Source: Ylistrum balloti (taxonomy: Eukaryota). Taken from it: DNA of 64,000 nt. Of the stretch, positions 51,751 to 64,000 are shown piece by piece. The number at the start of each line of letters is the position of its first letter. The stretch's first letter is position 1. The notes beneath the pieces are model-generated. The model was not told the origin of the DNA and ran no database searches. It saw only the letters and a list, made by a program, of their open reading frames with translations. Where the stretch lies: positions 868,001-932,000 of the forward strand of contig NW_026782205.1 in the NCBI RefSeq assembly GCF_031769215.1, given 5' to 3'. Both the position numbers and the translations under genes were made by a program.

Positions 51751-52389
51751 TCTTCACTAACAAAGCGAGGGACCCGTTATAACTTATATCTGTTTAGAAG
51801 ACAATAAAAGACGGATGCTATTTAGAATGACGGAGAGATACACACGTGTTGACGTGTTGTAAGCAAAGTAGATAAGATAATTTGATCAGTTTGGATACTA
51901 TGGTTACAGAAATTTCTACAAATGTCAGTAATTTTTCATCAACACAGAGAACCTCTGTACAGAATTAGAAACTAATATGGAAACTTCAATATCGACCTGT
52001 GATTTAGTTGGTCATAGAAAGAAAAATCACTTTTAAATCTTGTTATACTCTTACAAAAAGAAATCAATCCTTATAAAACCCTAATCAAATGTAAGAAAAT
52101 GACGTCTATTGGGTTATTTTTAATTACATAGGAATAGGTTCAGGGAAAAGAAACAGAGCGGCGTGTGTTATTGAGAACCTATCTAAATCTTCAGTATCGC
52201 TATCAACATCATATCGTTAAGAAAACATAAATAAACATTATCTTGAACACGGCAATCTAAAGTATATCTCGGCGTCAATCAGGTTTCGTCCTAACACTCA
52301 ACTAGACAGTGACTGACCGATCCATGTCACTTACTCATCTACTGACCAAATCCAAACCGAAGTTCTACACGTTTTACTGTATACTATCA

Positions 52390-52790
52390 GACATAGATAT
52401 TGTTTGTTTGTTTGTCTGTTGTTCCTATCAAACAAATGATTTGTTTGATTGTTTGTTCCTATCAGACACAGGATTTGTTTGTTTGTCTGTTGTTCCTATC
52501 AGACATAGAATTTGTTTGTTTGTTCCTATCAAACAAAGGATTTGTTTCTTTGTTCCTATCAGACATAGAATTTGTTTGTTTGTTCCTATCAGACATAGAA
52601 TTTGTTTGTTTGTTCCTATCAGACACAGGATTTGTTTGTTTGTTCCTATCAGACACAGGATTTGTTTGTTTGTTCCTATCAGAAACAGGATTTATTTGTT
52701 TGTTTGTTCCTATCAGACACAGGATTTGTTTGTTTGTTTTTCCTATCAGACATAGAATTTGTTTGCTTGTCTGTTGTTCCTATCAACCAA
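52390..52790. repeat. About 30-bp tandem minisatellite
   Basis: Unit TTTGTTTGTTTGTTCCTATCAGACA(T/C)AG(A/G)A. Confidence 0.93.
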
Positions 52791-54932
52791 GAAGTGTGCA
52801 ACGAAAGAACAAGGGCTAAACTGGAAATCATCTTCATAATTCAAGGGTTTCGATATACACTTGTACATAGGGTAACAGTACCTATGGAGTTTGGAGGTAC
52901 ACGTACTAACTTACAGACAGTAATGACATCGGACATCTGTGGATTGTTGAGCACCCATTTCTATTGACTATCATCGTCCGGACTTCTGTCCTGCTATATT
53001 CTGTGTAAATTGGACTGTTTGGTCAGCTGGTCAATCAGTTCAGAGTGACCATACTAAGTTATCATATTGTCAAATCCATCATCCACCGACTGTCAAATAC
53101 TGGCCTGGTCTGTGTTGTTTCAGTAAGTTGTCTGTTGTTTTAGAACGTTACAAAGTTCATCACACAGAAAGTGCCAGATGAAAGAAGATAATTTATAACT
53201 CCACAACACATGTCTAAATCATTAACCAATGTCCTGCTGTTCAATAAAAAAAAACCTCACACGTGTACCGATGCAGTTCAAACGGCCTGCTGAATGCCAC
53301 TTCGTGATGTTTTATGACGATTACTTCACGGAAAGACTTGGGAAAAGTAGCACGTAAAACAATGATGTATTACAGGTGTCTATAAAGTCTAAACGGTAAA
53401 GAAATATAGGTACATATGATGCGTCCATGGTAACAGTCATTAGTGTTTTATTTGTATACCCTATACAGTATGAATGGTTCCATAATTAGTTCAGACTGAT
53501 TGTATAACTTTCCAATCTACAGACCCCACGCCCATCCCCCTAACTACGGAACTAGGTCATTCCATACGTACATGTATTACTAGTAATTTGCACTGTATGT
53601 CGTGTCGCCATTTTGTAACCACACAATGACCAGAATGACGAGAGAGTAGAGATATAAACACAATCTAACGTAAGTTACTCTACTTCATCTTTATTTTAGA
53701 GTGTTCATTCAGTCACTCTTCTCAACAGCGCACATTTTAAGAAAGTTTGATGAAAACGAGTATTGCGTGCGTTCTAAAAGGAACACAGATTTGAGTACGA
53801 TTTTCACGAGTACGGGCCCTGATCGTGTATTGTCATATTTTGTCGTACTATATGAATCAGAAGTATGGCATCTGAGATAGGATTTAAATCCATTAAGGAG
53901 AGATACGATTGTAATACATTTTATGGATCGGACGTTGTAACCACCGGAGTCTGGGGTGTGAGATTTAAGTTTTCATCTATATCTAGAATGAGGGATTTGT
54001 GTAGTTGTTTATGACAAAGAACTCGTAGGGTGTGAAGAGCACTCAAAACCATCACTGAAGAGAAACAAATCTCCTCATCTCTACACCAGCTTCTGAATTC
54101 TACCATCTCATCACCGTTTTTATCCCATCTAATCCAAAGTTCTTTTGAAATGTTGTAACTAAAATGAAAAATTAAGTAGGCGCGATAGAAGAGTTGCAGC
54201 TTGTGTACATGTATAAATAATGTTTTGTGGCGGTGATGAGAGGAACACGGTGTATGCATCATCACCCTTGGTATCAGATGGTCAGATACGGACGATGATC
54301 TACCAGGGAGGGGCATAAGGGGAAAGGGCCTGAGTGATTCCTAGAGGGTCGCGAAAGGAGATAAACAAATCCGATTCTGGAAAGTTGTTTTGTTAGCAGT
54401 TGTCCTGTTACATTAAGAATCATATGTATCCCCGGCGCAAAAATTGTAGGAATTTTTTTTCAGTGTATTTAGAGTTCTTAGAGCTGGAGAGGCAAGAGAA
54501 AATGATAAAGAGGAGATAAATGAACATATCAATCAAAAGGACGTGAAAGAAGGCGGCGTCTCCTAGAATAAAAGACTTGAATGAAGGCGAATCTGGAGGG
54601 GGTTGTGGTGGGGGCTCGACATGACGGAGGAGTTATGTATTGTATGTGAAGGGCCACTTGAAGATAGGGAAAGGATCCAGAAAATCGTGATCAAATTTTG
54701 AGGAGCTCCTTAGCAGATTAAATTTGTTACATTATTTTTGTATATTAGTATGCAAGGGGAGGTCAGTGCTTGGCCATCTTCATGCTGAGGGAAGTATTAA
54801 GTTACAGGGTAACCATACTTGAGTTCCACTTTAAGTGGACATATTTACAGTAAAAATCAAGGTTATAATTTGAATGTATTAGCGAAATTGCGGTGTTAAA
54901 TCTCGTCTAAATGACCGTGAAATAACTAATAC

Positions 54933-55500
54933 ATGTAAATATGTTCCTATGGTATAAACATGTTCCTATGGTGCAAATATGTTCCTATGGTAAAAACATG
55001 TTCCTATGGTGTAAATATGTTCCTATGGTATAAACATGTTCCTATGGTGCAAATATGTTCCTATGGTGTAAACACGTTCCTATGGTGTAAATACGTTCCT
55101 ATGATGTAAACATGGTCCTATGTGTAAACATGTTTCTATGGTGTAAACACGTTCCTATGGTGTAAACATGTTCCTATGGTGTAAACACGTTCCTATGGTG
55201 TAAATATGTTCCTATGGTGTAAACATGTTCTGAAATCACAATTGCTTTAAGTAACCCGTAAACATGTTTCTATGGTGTAAATATGTTCCTATGGTGTAAA
55301 CATGTTCCTATGGTGTAAACACGTTCCTATGGTGTAAACATGTTCCTATGGTGTAAACACGTTCCTATGGTGTAAATATGTTCCTATGGTGTAAACATGT
55401 TCCTATGGTGTAAATATGTTCCTATGGTGTAAATATGTTCCTATGGTGTAAACACGTTCCTATGCTGTAAACATGTTCCTATGGTGTAAACATGTTCTGA
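54933..55500. repeat. 19-bp tandem minisatellite with a duplicated interruption
   Basis: Unit AAA(C/T)ATGTTCCTATGGTGT. The spacer CTGAA(A/C)ATCACAATTGC.TTAAG.AACCCGTA occurs mid-array and again at the end. Confidence 0.94.
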
Positions 55501-56011
55501 ACATCACAATTGCCTTAAGAAACCCGTATCTTCTTTTCTTTGTCATTGATTATTAGGCGTTTACTCGTTCGAACAGATTTTCCGAGTAACGGGTTAATAA
55601 AATTATACAACCTTAACACAAAAATATTGCACTTCGATGAAAATCTGAATTTTTTTCTTTGATAACCATCTTACCTCACAATAAGATCACAATTTGTAGA
55701 AAATGTACGATAAACATTTCCCCTGTGTGTTACGGCAGATAAGGGTCTCCGCGACAATTTGTTAAATGACAGACCGGGTACATTTTTTCGTGACGAAAAT
55801 TAGATATAACCTAAAGACCAACATGTCATTGTGTTAATCGTAGGATGTATATGATGTAGTTATATCACCTCTGTTGTCGTCCTGTATTCAGCAATGTAAT
55901 TATGTACAATAAATGATCACTACGTTTATTCGTTGCCCTTTTTCTGGAAAGGTCGATAATTATACGGGAATAGCGAAATGTTCAATACTCCATGTCGTTA
56001 AGTGCTACAGT

Positions 56012-56130
56012 TTGTCCGGATTATCGTGTTGTAAAATGCTTTAATTTGTCCGGATTATCGTGTTGTAAAATGCTATGATTTGTCCGGATTATCGTGTTGT
56101 AAAATGCTATGATTTCTCCGGATTATCGTT
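56012..56130. repeat. 34-bp tandem repeat, about 3.5 copies
   Basis: TTTGTCCGGATTATCGTGTTGTAAAATGCT(A/T)T(G/A)A. Confidence 0.9.
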
Positions 56131-59100
56131 GGAAGGCGTCGGCCAATTGTAGAAATGTTTGGCGAGAGGAGTTCCTCGATTTAGAGCAGATCTTAATACA
56201 AAATTTGAAATATTGCAAAGAATTTCAATTTTAAAGTAATGCCATACACGGAGTTCTCAGTTGATCTGCAGAAAGAATTTAGACTCTTATTGTAGGCAAT
56301 CGTAAAAATTGTAATGCTGAAAACTTGTTTTTGGATAATTTTTACTTGCACGTGTATTCAGTATATACTTACATAATACATACTGGATTACAAACGCTGT
56401 GGCACAAATAGCTGGTTGTGGGACGTACTGTATGCTTGCAATAAATTCCACGCGATGCATGTGACAGAATTCTAAAGATAAAGGAAGAGGTGAATAATCT
56501 ATATAACGTTAGGGAAACGAGGTAGGAGAGCGAGGAAAGGGCAGATGTAGGGAGAAAAGGACATCTCCCCATCTTCATGGGAACCTGCAAATCGTCAACG
56601 CATCTCTGACGATCGGAAACGAGAAGTAACTGTTGAACTCTCTATCTGAGTAGTTAAAACTAGACTAATGTAAATAAGTCAGAGAAACGGCTTGTGTTTC
56701 TTTATAAAATAGATACTATCTCCACTCGACCGAGAATCTTAAATATTTTTTTGTTAATCTATTAACGACACCAAACATTTCGCTGACCCAATTCAAAACT
56801 TGTAACCATGGCGCTTGTGAACATTGGAGTGTTTCTTCACACTGCCATGAAACCGGTGACAACAATTTGTTGGCTGTATGCGATAAAAGTCAAAATACAT
56901 CTTTTTCTAATCTTATTTACGTTAGAAGAAATCGTTTAAATGGAATTTATCAGAATTGAGGATCGAGTGTTTGTAAGATAATGATAACAGAGTCTATAAA
57001 TATACCCCGTTTATGACTCCCCCAATGTATGCGTGTTCCAAACGTCTTTGAGAGCAAGATCCTGCGGCAAAATCCAATTATATTGTGAAAATGCTATTTA
57101 GTATGACAAAGCTTAACTCTTACTGATGATAAGTTACGTTATTACAGTTGAACGAATGCTGATAAACTAGGATAACAGTAAATGAATTAATAGGACAGCA
57201 GCAGAATGTATTCCGGCAAATTAGAGAAGATCGCAAGGTTATTATGATAAACGAGGACTTTGGCAAACATATGGCTCACATTTAATAAACAGCAGCATTT
57301 GTATCACAATATGGTTGTTTTAATACAGACATTAGATTATGAATCGAAATATTGAATTAAGTGATTGATATGAATAACACGATCAAAGAACTATTATAGA
57401 TAAAGCTAGTTGATGCCTCCATTTTGAATGTTTTCAAGGTTGTCATTAAAATGTTACGGTTTCTTCGGGGCTTTTAGCATAGTTGCCAATCTGTTAAAGA
57501 TGTGTGACAGTAAATGTCAGTTTTTTTCTCTACAGGCAAAGTCGAATGTATTTGTAATCAAATGTGTATGTATATATATATACGCATACGTGTATGCAAA
57601 CATTTCCGTTTCTGCATCGGAATTTACCGTATACAGAATCTGATGCTAAAATATTTGTTCAATGAAGGGTATAGTTTCAGTATCGCACTTGAAGTATAAG
57701 ACCTTAGTGAACATTCTACTAAGACCAGAAGTGAGAGTCTGGGCTTGATAAAAAAAAATCTCTAATTTCCACGCGATCCTGGCTGCACGTGCTAAGTGTT
57801 GTGCCTGTTATATCTTAAAAAAGTTTCACTTCATCGCTCTCACTTATCAACAATTTCCCTGGCTAATTCATCATACAAAAAATTGATGGTTTTATTTACA
57901 ATTCATGAATATTATAAATAAATTCAGAAGTGACAGAAAATATCGAAATTTTACTCACATTTTGAACGTGAATTAATAACAATGATAATTGCTATGGTTG
58001 TAATACGATTCTGTACATCTGATAATTTGAGAGTTTTAACAATATTGACACCTAATTAAATTAGATTAAAATATTAACATCCACAAACTTCGTATTACAG
58101 TCCAGTGATAGATATAAAGACAAAAAATGAACAGACAACCTTGGTGTAACTATATACTTGTGTCATAATAGAATTAAATTTCACGTGAAAAACTAACAAA
58201 AGTTTTTTTTTCTTAAATATGAAGCACCATCTGACCTAATCATACATAATAGCGTTTCATAAAAAAAGAGTTAACGGTAGAAAGAAATTAGATAAAGTCT
58301 TCAAGTTGCATCTTTTCTAAATAGAGAAATAATGCTGAGAAAATAATTCCTGAAATATCAACAGTTTAAACAGTTTATAAATAACGTTTTTCATATTTGT
58401 CAAAACAGAACCCAATCTTTGTCATATAGTCGACAAAAACAAAAACAAAACAAAAGTATTGAGGTTTTATCAACAGCAACAACTTTCTCAATAATGCTCC
58501 GATAATTCAATAACTTGCCCAAACCTCTCAATCAGGTTATCGGAAATCCAAACATTCTCCTTTCTATCATACTAAATTGTACCTAAACAGTCATGTGATC
58601 TACTCTTTGATCTAAGTCTGTTTTTATAATGAAAAGGCATGTATTGTCTAAATGGTGAACAATTCAATTGGAATTTGATTTGATACGTCAAGGGAATACT
58701 TAAAAAACGCAGAGTAAGAAGTGCAGAGAAACGGTTTCAGAAAGATGGCGCCAGCTTGTTTCTGAGTGACAAGTCATATTTTATAGCGTAAATTTGTAAA
58801 GAAACAAAATCCGCTGACGACATCATCAACAGCTCTGGTTACCACCTAATCAATTTGGAAACTAAAAAAGAGGTAAAAGCCGAGACATGGTCCACATCAA
58901 CAGCCGAGTGCACAATCTGGCGAGTAATTGAATTGGTGTTCTGTTCAATGGTCATATTATGGTCAAAGTTATAAAAATTGGCGTTAGTACCGCCCTGGTC
59001 AGTCTGTAACCCCCGACTGACCTGGTCGTATCGCACTGATAGCCACTAACTTGTACAACAACACTGGGAATAACTCCGATAAAACTACATTCTCGGCCAG

Positions 59101-60255
59101 ATTGACCATTTCTTATGGTGTTTTACGAGTGAAACTCCCCTGAAAGTAATTAAGACAAAGTATAACAAATATCTGCAATTCTTTCCACGTATGTGGCTCA
59201 CTGGAGCTGACAAAGATATAAGGAACTGCACGTGAGAGTAAACGTCGTTCGCGTGCAGGCGAACTGACAACACGGCACAGGGTGCTGACGTTTGTTAACA
59301 AAACAAACATATCGATACTAGTAGAGCTGTCCTTCAACATCACGTTAACTTCACTGACAACCCCGCCAAACATACCGTAATATACACCAACCTTTGTTTT
59401 GTAATCTAAATTCAAAGTTATTTGTTTAGTTACTTGTTTAACTGAACATCAAGAGTGTTCCTTGTAACAATATAAAGAGAGATACTGATCTAATTAGAAT
59501 GCAATGTGATACTCTCACGTGTAATGACGTAATTCGTTTGCTACATTGAAACAATTGGAACATCGAGAAAAAACATAAAGCGACGGATGAGAGAAATATC
59601 GGAGCAAGAAGGAAATAGTACATAGCCATGCAAATCATCGAGTGGCGATGAATTGAGAGAAGGGAGAAATAATGGGTATTAAACTGTGATATATATGTAT
59701 ATAAGGGATGATTGTCTATTGCAGCAATCAAATAGCGGCGAATAAGCATTGAACCGCAACTCTATATAAAACATAACTCGTGATCCGATTTCAGCACGCG
59801 ACACTTTGCTTTCCCAAGAGGTATCAATAAAAATCAGAAATTGTAGGCGGCGAAGTGCAAACTACGGACCAACTGACGCAACTCGAATGGAAATAGTTCC
59901 ATATACATTCCTGCCTACGATCTATTCTCGGACTACTGTCCTTTCCGAATGGGGGTTCGCTCCGGCCAAATTAATTAAAAAAGAGCGAAAGCATCAAATG
60001 ATTGTCGAGTTTACCTAATGTGACGATACAGGAAATAGTGATAAAGTGACGTCATGTATAACTGGATTTCATCATGACGTTACATTAGAGACCATATATT
60101 TTGAACAAAGAAGATTTCAAGAATAACACGGAAAATGACGGAGTCATATATCCATACAAACTGTAAACTCTTGTTAGCTATGGATAAAGGTAACTCTGAA
60201 AAGCTCGAATTTTAAATCATCACTCGGTTGAGTGTTGTACCCGTTTTGAAACAAC

Positions 60256-60256
<1 letters not shown>

Positions 60257-60296
<40 letters not shown>
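60257..60296. repeat. (TA)n microsatellite
   Basis: About 19 TA repeats. Confidence 0.96.
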
Positions 60297-60297
<1 letters not shown>

Positions 60298-60309
60298 TAC
60301 AATACATTC

Positions 60310-60730
60310 GTTGTGACTACACGTTTTGTGAGAGTATATGATATCATTATTGAGAACGGAGTTGTGACTACACGATTTGTGAGAGTATATGATATCATTA
60401 TTGAGAACGGAGTTGTGACTACACGTTTTGTGAGAGTATATGATATCATTATTGAGAACGGAGTTGTGACTACACGTTTGTGAGAGTATATGATATCATT
60501 ATTGAGAACGGAGTTGTGACTACACGTTTTGTGAGAGTATATGGCATTATTGAGAACGGAGTTGTGACTACACGATTTGTGAGAGTATATGATATCATTA
60601 TTGAGAACGGAGTTGTGACTACACGTTTTGTGAGAGTATATGATATCATTATTGAGAACGGAGTTGTGACTACACGTTTTGTGAGAGAATATGATATCAT
60701 TATTGAGAAAGGAGCTGTGACTACACAATT
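60310..60730. repeat. 51-bp tandem minisatellite, about 8 copies
   Basis: Unit GTTGTGACTACACGTTTTGTGAGAGTATATGATATCATTATTGAGAACGGA. Confidence 0.96.
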
Positions 60731-62728
60731 TGTTTTTGATAGTAACATTTTCTGAATACGCGGGTAGATAACTTCCCGTAAGAGTATCATAAGGTGTTAT
60801 AGTGTACGTAATGCTATCTACATACAGATTATACATATATGGTGTAGTTAGTGTAGTACGCTCGAGTTTTCCTAAATATGGTCAGTTTTGCTTTAAATGT
60901 ATAAATTTGCGATCCTTAGGATAAGTGGAATATATATATGTTGTGATAAATTGTTTCTTTGTTTAAGAAACGTTCCTTGTAACATATATTTCTGTATTGC
61001 ACTGCTTTCAGTTGGCATTCACGAGTATTTGAATGCCAACAGGATAAGGTCAATGTAATGAGGAGTTTTATGTTGATATTTCCTGTATCCAGTTGGCATT
61101 CATAATTCCAATGGATGCCAACTCATTTTAAATTTTCGTCTTGAAGGCTACCCCAACTTTTGCAATTGCTACATATAATGTATGTACAGTATTACTATGT
61201 CTTTTGAACTGTATAAGCTGGTATTACACAGCCGACTTTGGTAAGGTTACATCAAGGCAATGTCATGAAATGGAAATTATGTATAGTGTAACTGACGATC
61301 CAAGGACACGTGACACCTCAGGAATCAGCTTCCGATCATTCAACAACCTTTGTCTTATGTTGTAAAAAACCTTGTCCTAGACACGGCTAGTTGCTGAAGT
61401 GTTCGCCTGGACATTACAGATCAACGACCATCGATCTCCATCCTACTAATGTCTGGACGAAAGCTGCCAACCCCCTTCCCCCTCCTCCCGCCTCCCCAAA
61501 ACATCTTACAACGCAATATACTGCACGCTATTTTCTATATTTGGTGTTAAAACAATCGTGACGTTATCTTAGTCTAAACAGTGAATTATGCATGATTTTG
61601 TGCGTGAAATGAAGCGTGCACGGCGAGAGCAGACAATTAATTTGTCACTTGTTACCTCACGAGAGTCTCACAGGGACTTGGTCTGCACGTAATATTGCTA
61701 TATCCAACATTTAAAACACCTTCAAGTTTACCGGCGGCGTCACCGTGTTACCGAATACGGAACAGCAAAAGGCGATTGAATGGAAAATTCGATGGAAAAA
61801 TGGAATAGGTTATTTTGGTACAATTCAGAGATAAATAAACAGTTTGAAAGAAAACTTTCGGATACAAGAAATTTACACAAAGACTGAATGAAACATAGAT
61901 CAAAGAAACACGCCACGATCTCGATTAATGACGTGTATTTGCACGTGCAATGCTTTGACAAGCACAAGAAGACAATTCACAGTTGGAGATTCGCCACCAT
62001 CGTTCTGATAACGGCTACTAATGAACCATGGATACCCAAATCATTGGTGTCAATATCACACAGACTAAAGGGCTAATCGACTGGCCCTCTATCTAAGGGC
62101 CCTACATGCCAGGGACTTTAAGTGAAGGGAGAGGAAGAGAGGGTGATGGGGTCACGCTGTGATTCAATCAACGTGTAACCGAGCCACCGTCGACACGTGC
62201 CCGTATTTGCCCCAATTACATAGCTTAGTGAGCGTGTTAAAACAGGGACGTCTCTTAAGACGGCTTGTCGTATAATTTTCACTTTTAAAACTTATCTACA
62301 TTTTTTTCATAGAAAAACGTCAATTTTCTAAAGTTTAAGCTTGTCTAGTATTGAAAGGTATCGCTCGTTGTAAGTGGTGGATATTTGATTTGGTATCTTA
62401 AGTTGTAAGTGTTGTCAAAATGAACATGCCGCTAGCGATAACTCTGGGAGTATCAGATGAGAAGGCCATAAAGCTTAAGACGGACTTATATAGCATTAAC
62501 GGTTATCTACAAAACATCTCAGCATGCATATAACTATTGAAATACACGCAAAAACTTAATAAGTCTTCGCCACCTAACGACTAACGCAAAACAGTGTTGT
62601 TTTCGTGAAATCTGTCTTTGACTACTCATGGTCCGCTGGAGCGAGACTTACAAATGTTTTACTGTATATTGTTTACACTTTCAATGACTATGTGTCTATA
62701 ACGTAAGATAACATGTAAATATACTTAC

Positions 62729-62822
62729 TGAAGATCGTAACAAAGACGGTTAGAGCGACTTGTCCGGATCCAACAAACCGAGAACGGGTCCAGATATTAG
62801 TTGTACAATCATCCATTGCCAT
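62729..62822 (-). CDS. Putative signal-peptide first exon (alternative exon 1 of the Cys-rich gene, or of an unresolved gene)
   Basis: ATG...MAMDDCTTNIWTRSRFVGSGQVALTVFVTIF then A|GTAAGT (phase 1). A GC-rich region with a CCAAT motif lies upstream at about 62900-63130. Confidence 0.35.
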
Positions 62823-64000
62823 ATCATTATCTCTCAGAAAAAGTTTTAGAAAAGTGTCATAATTTCGGTATGTATGTGATTTAATTCCAAACAGTTTGTG
62901 TTACTGCACACACTCGGGAGCGTCACCAGCAATCTACCGCAGGACAGACTCTGCCATACGTTGCGCGAGATTACACCGGTACACACGTACCCTATCACAG
63001 CCGGGGCAGCCAATCAACAGCGTCGGCTCTGTTGTGGTGTGGTGATGGCCTTCTAACTTCGGACAGTTGGGGTCAATCAGGAACAGACCCACCGTGAACC
63101 ATCATCCCTCCTTCCACGCCTTTCATTCACTTTGATAGCCCGATACTTCGGCTGGCTGACACATTTACATGGGAAGACTGTTATAAACTATGTTAGCATT
63201 TTGACACGTGCGTTGCTAAGGTATGTAGGGTATGCCAGGTGTTATGTACCACGGGATTCCTATCTGAGGACAGAACACGTAAATTTTAAACATCTCCGTA
63301 TAATTGTCATTTTGGGTGATATCTAAGAGGGTCGGAGTGTATCTTTAGTTACTTACCAGGTAGACGCTAACAACAGGTGTGAACAGCTTATCAGGTTCAT
63401 TCTCCACTAAAACGTCTGTATGAGATACAAATGAACACTTTAAGTGGTTACCGTAACATCCAAAATAAAATTAGCGCGTTTCTGTCTGATAAGACTCAAC
63501 CCTCAAATTGTTGAAGTCCTTGATTTGTGAAAGCGAAGGTAACGTTTTTTTTCATAAAATATATATCTGTAAGGAGATATTGGTACCAGGCGTTTGTTGA
63601 CGTGGTAGTGCGTTGACCCATGTGCATCTGCCTATGCACGTGCGAACCTGTGATTTGACGTGGTACATAACAGAGCTCTACCGCTGCGATACAAGTTCTG
63701 AAGTTGATATTTAGATATGTATTTTGGGCTGAGGGGTTGGGGAGTTCGACAGATATAATACAAATATTCTCCATTTTCAATCAATACTTATCATTTCAAT
63801 TTCATGGGAAAGCAATATCAATTTAATAATGGTTGATTTGCAGGAAGAGGTTGATTTGTATCTTCCATTTATCTTTTTACACAGCAATACATACTTAAAA
63901 CTGCGATAAAGTAGATATCTGAAATTGTTCATTTCTGAAGCAGGACTTTGATGAAAGTTCGAAATCCGTTGCTTTATGTCACGACTCAACGAGGTGTAGT

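Noticed and set aside
53921-54316. 131-aa minus-strand ORF
   Set aside because: No recognisable domain, splice context or homology cue.
56606-56635. CTGACGA-TCGGAAACGA-GAAG motif
   Set aside because: GAAG instead of GAAA, no stem III/NUH site, and the core is tied up in an ATCGTCA/TGACGAT hairpin.
61292-61315. CTGACGA-TCCAAGGA-CACGTG motif
   Set aside because: Lacks GAAA; at best an unrecognisably decayed ribozyme.
63357-63400. Short MNLISCSHLLLAST segment ending in a GTAAGT donor
   Set aside because: The phase-2 donor is incompatible with exon 2 of the Cys-rich gene and no partner exon was found. It could at most be a 5'-UTR exon.

Overview
This is AT-rich eukaryotic (metazoan) genomic DNA, most likely from a bivalve mollusc. 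An oyster-like host is inferred from HINE/Helentron-type repeat ends and Cg170-like subrepeats. Two protein-coding genes are supported, both on the minus strand. (1) A pancreatic-lipase-family gene (catalytic domain plus PLAT) whose entire CDS is one exon (15619-17127). (2) A six-exon gene that the ORF track misses (51373 to 33301), encoding a 286-aa secreted protein with two 6-Cys repeats and a hydrophobic C-terminal anchor. A decayed Penelope-like retroelement (RT plus GIY-YIG, about 18090-19560, minus) lies about 1 kb upstream of the lipase. The most striking element is at 7972-8372: nine head-to-tail 45-bp units, each essentially one complete minimal type I hammerhead ribozyme with a palindromic stem III. 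A core-deleted single-copy relative sits at about 43447-43541, and a second, unrelated minimal hammerhead candidate lies in sense orientation in intron 1 of the Cys-rich gene (45611-45692). About a dozen mini/microsatellite arrays account for most long ORFs in the track. No rRNA, tRNA or CRISPR array was recognised.
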